Made by a program: the position numbers and the translations under genes
NCBI GenBank assembly: GCA_027078415.1
Contig: JALWYX010000040.1
Location: 1-56,745, forward strand
Origin: Thermoanaerobaculia bacterium
GTDB lineage: Bacteria > Acidobacteriota > Thermoanaerobaculia > JALWYX01
DNA: 56,745 nt
Direction of reading: 5' to 3'
The notes under the pieces: model-generated
What the model saw: the letters and a program-made list of their open reading frames with translations, nothing else
Told to the model about the DNA's origin: nothing
Databases searched by the model: none
Shown here: positions 56,619-56,745 of the stretch, one piece after another
Numbering within the stretch: the first letter of the stretch is position 1
Layout of the letters: the number at the start of each line of letters is the position of its first letter

Positions 56619-56745
56619 TTTTTGTGTTACTATTTTATGTCTTGGATGTATATATAGGCTTAGCAGAGTTTTAACAGTTGTACTTTTTTATAACGTTTTT
56701 GCTTTTATAAGTTGAGGTTTTATGCTTTAGCTGAGAGTAATCTAG

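Noticed and set aside
1-56745. CRISPR array, tRNA/rRNA, IS or prophage genes
   Set aside because: No regularly spaced repeats, cloverleaf or rRNA-like segments, or transposase/integrase/phage motifs seen by eye.

Overview
AT-rich (roughly one-third G+C by eye), tightly packed bacterial chromosome segment from a diderm (Omp85 barrel, lipoproteins, Ccm system). Gene content (Myxococcus-type mglBA, DUF3516 helicase, WD40-Omp85, HEAT-cyclophilin, CxxxY CcmE) suggests an Acidobacteriota/deltaproteobacteria-like lineage; this is inference. Housekeeping genes include tyrS, topA, dprA, purSQLFMN, glmS, uvrD/pcrA, mutM, probable holA, dksA, rlmH, hbd, tpx and ccmABCDEF; ccmD is missing from the ORF track. 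No tRNA, rRNA, CRISPR array or transposase was seen. Best leads: (1) a TPR lipoprotein + CsgG/TolB-N-like protein + zincin/beta-propeller/Omp85 barrel cluster; (2) a small exported 9-Cys protein paired with a multi-beta-sandwich protein behind a promoter-like motif with a T14 spacer and a 5' hairpin; (3) a secreted beta-propeller/unknown/metzincin operon; (4) a PAPS-synthesis + non-canonical sulfatase + orphan Wzm cluster; (5) recurring TTG..-N12/13-TAnnAT short-spacer motifs; (6) a ~187-nt rod-like intergenic hairpin; (7) truncated GlmU and DprA.
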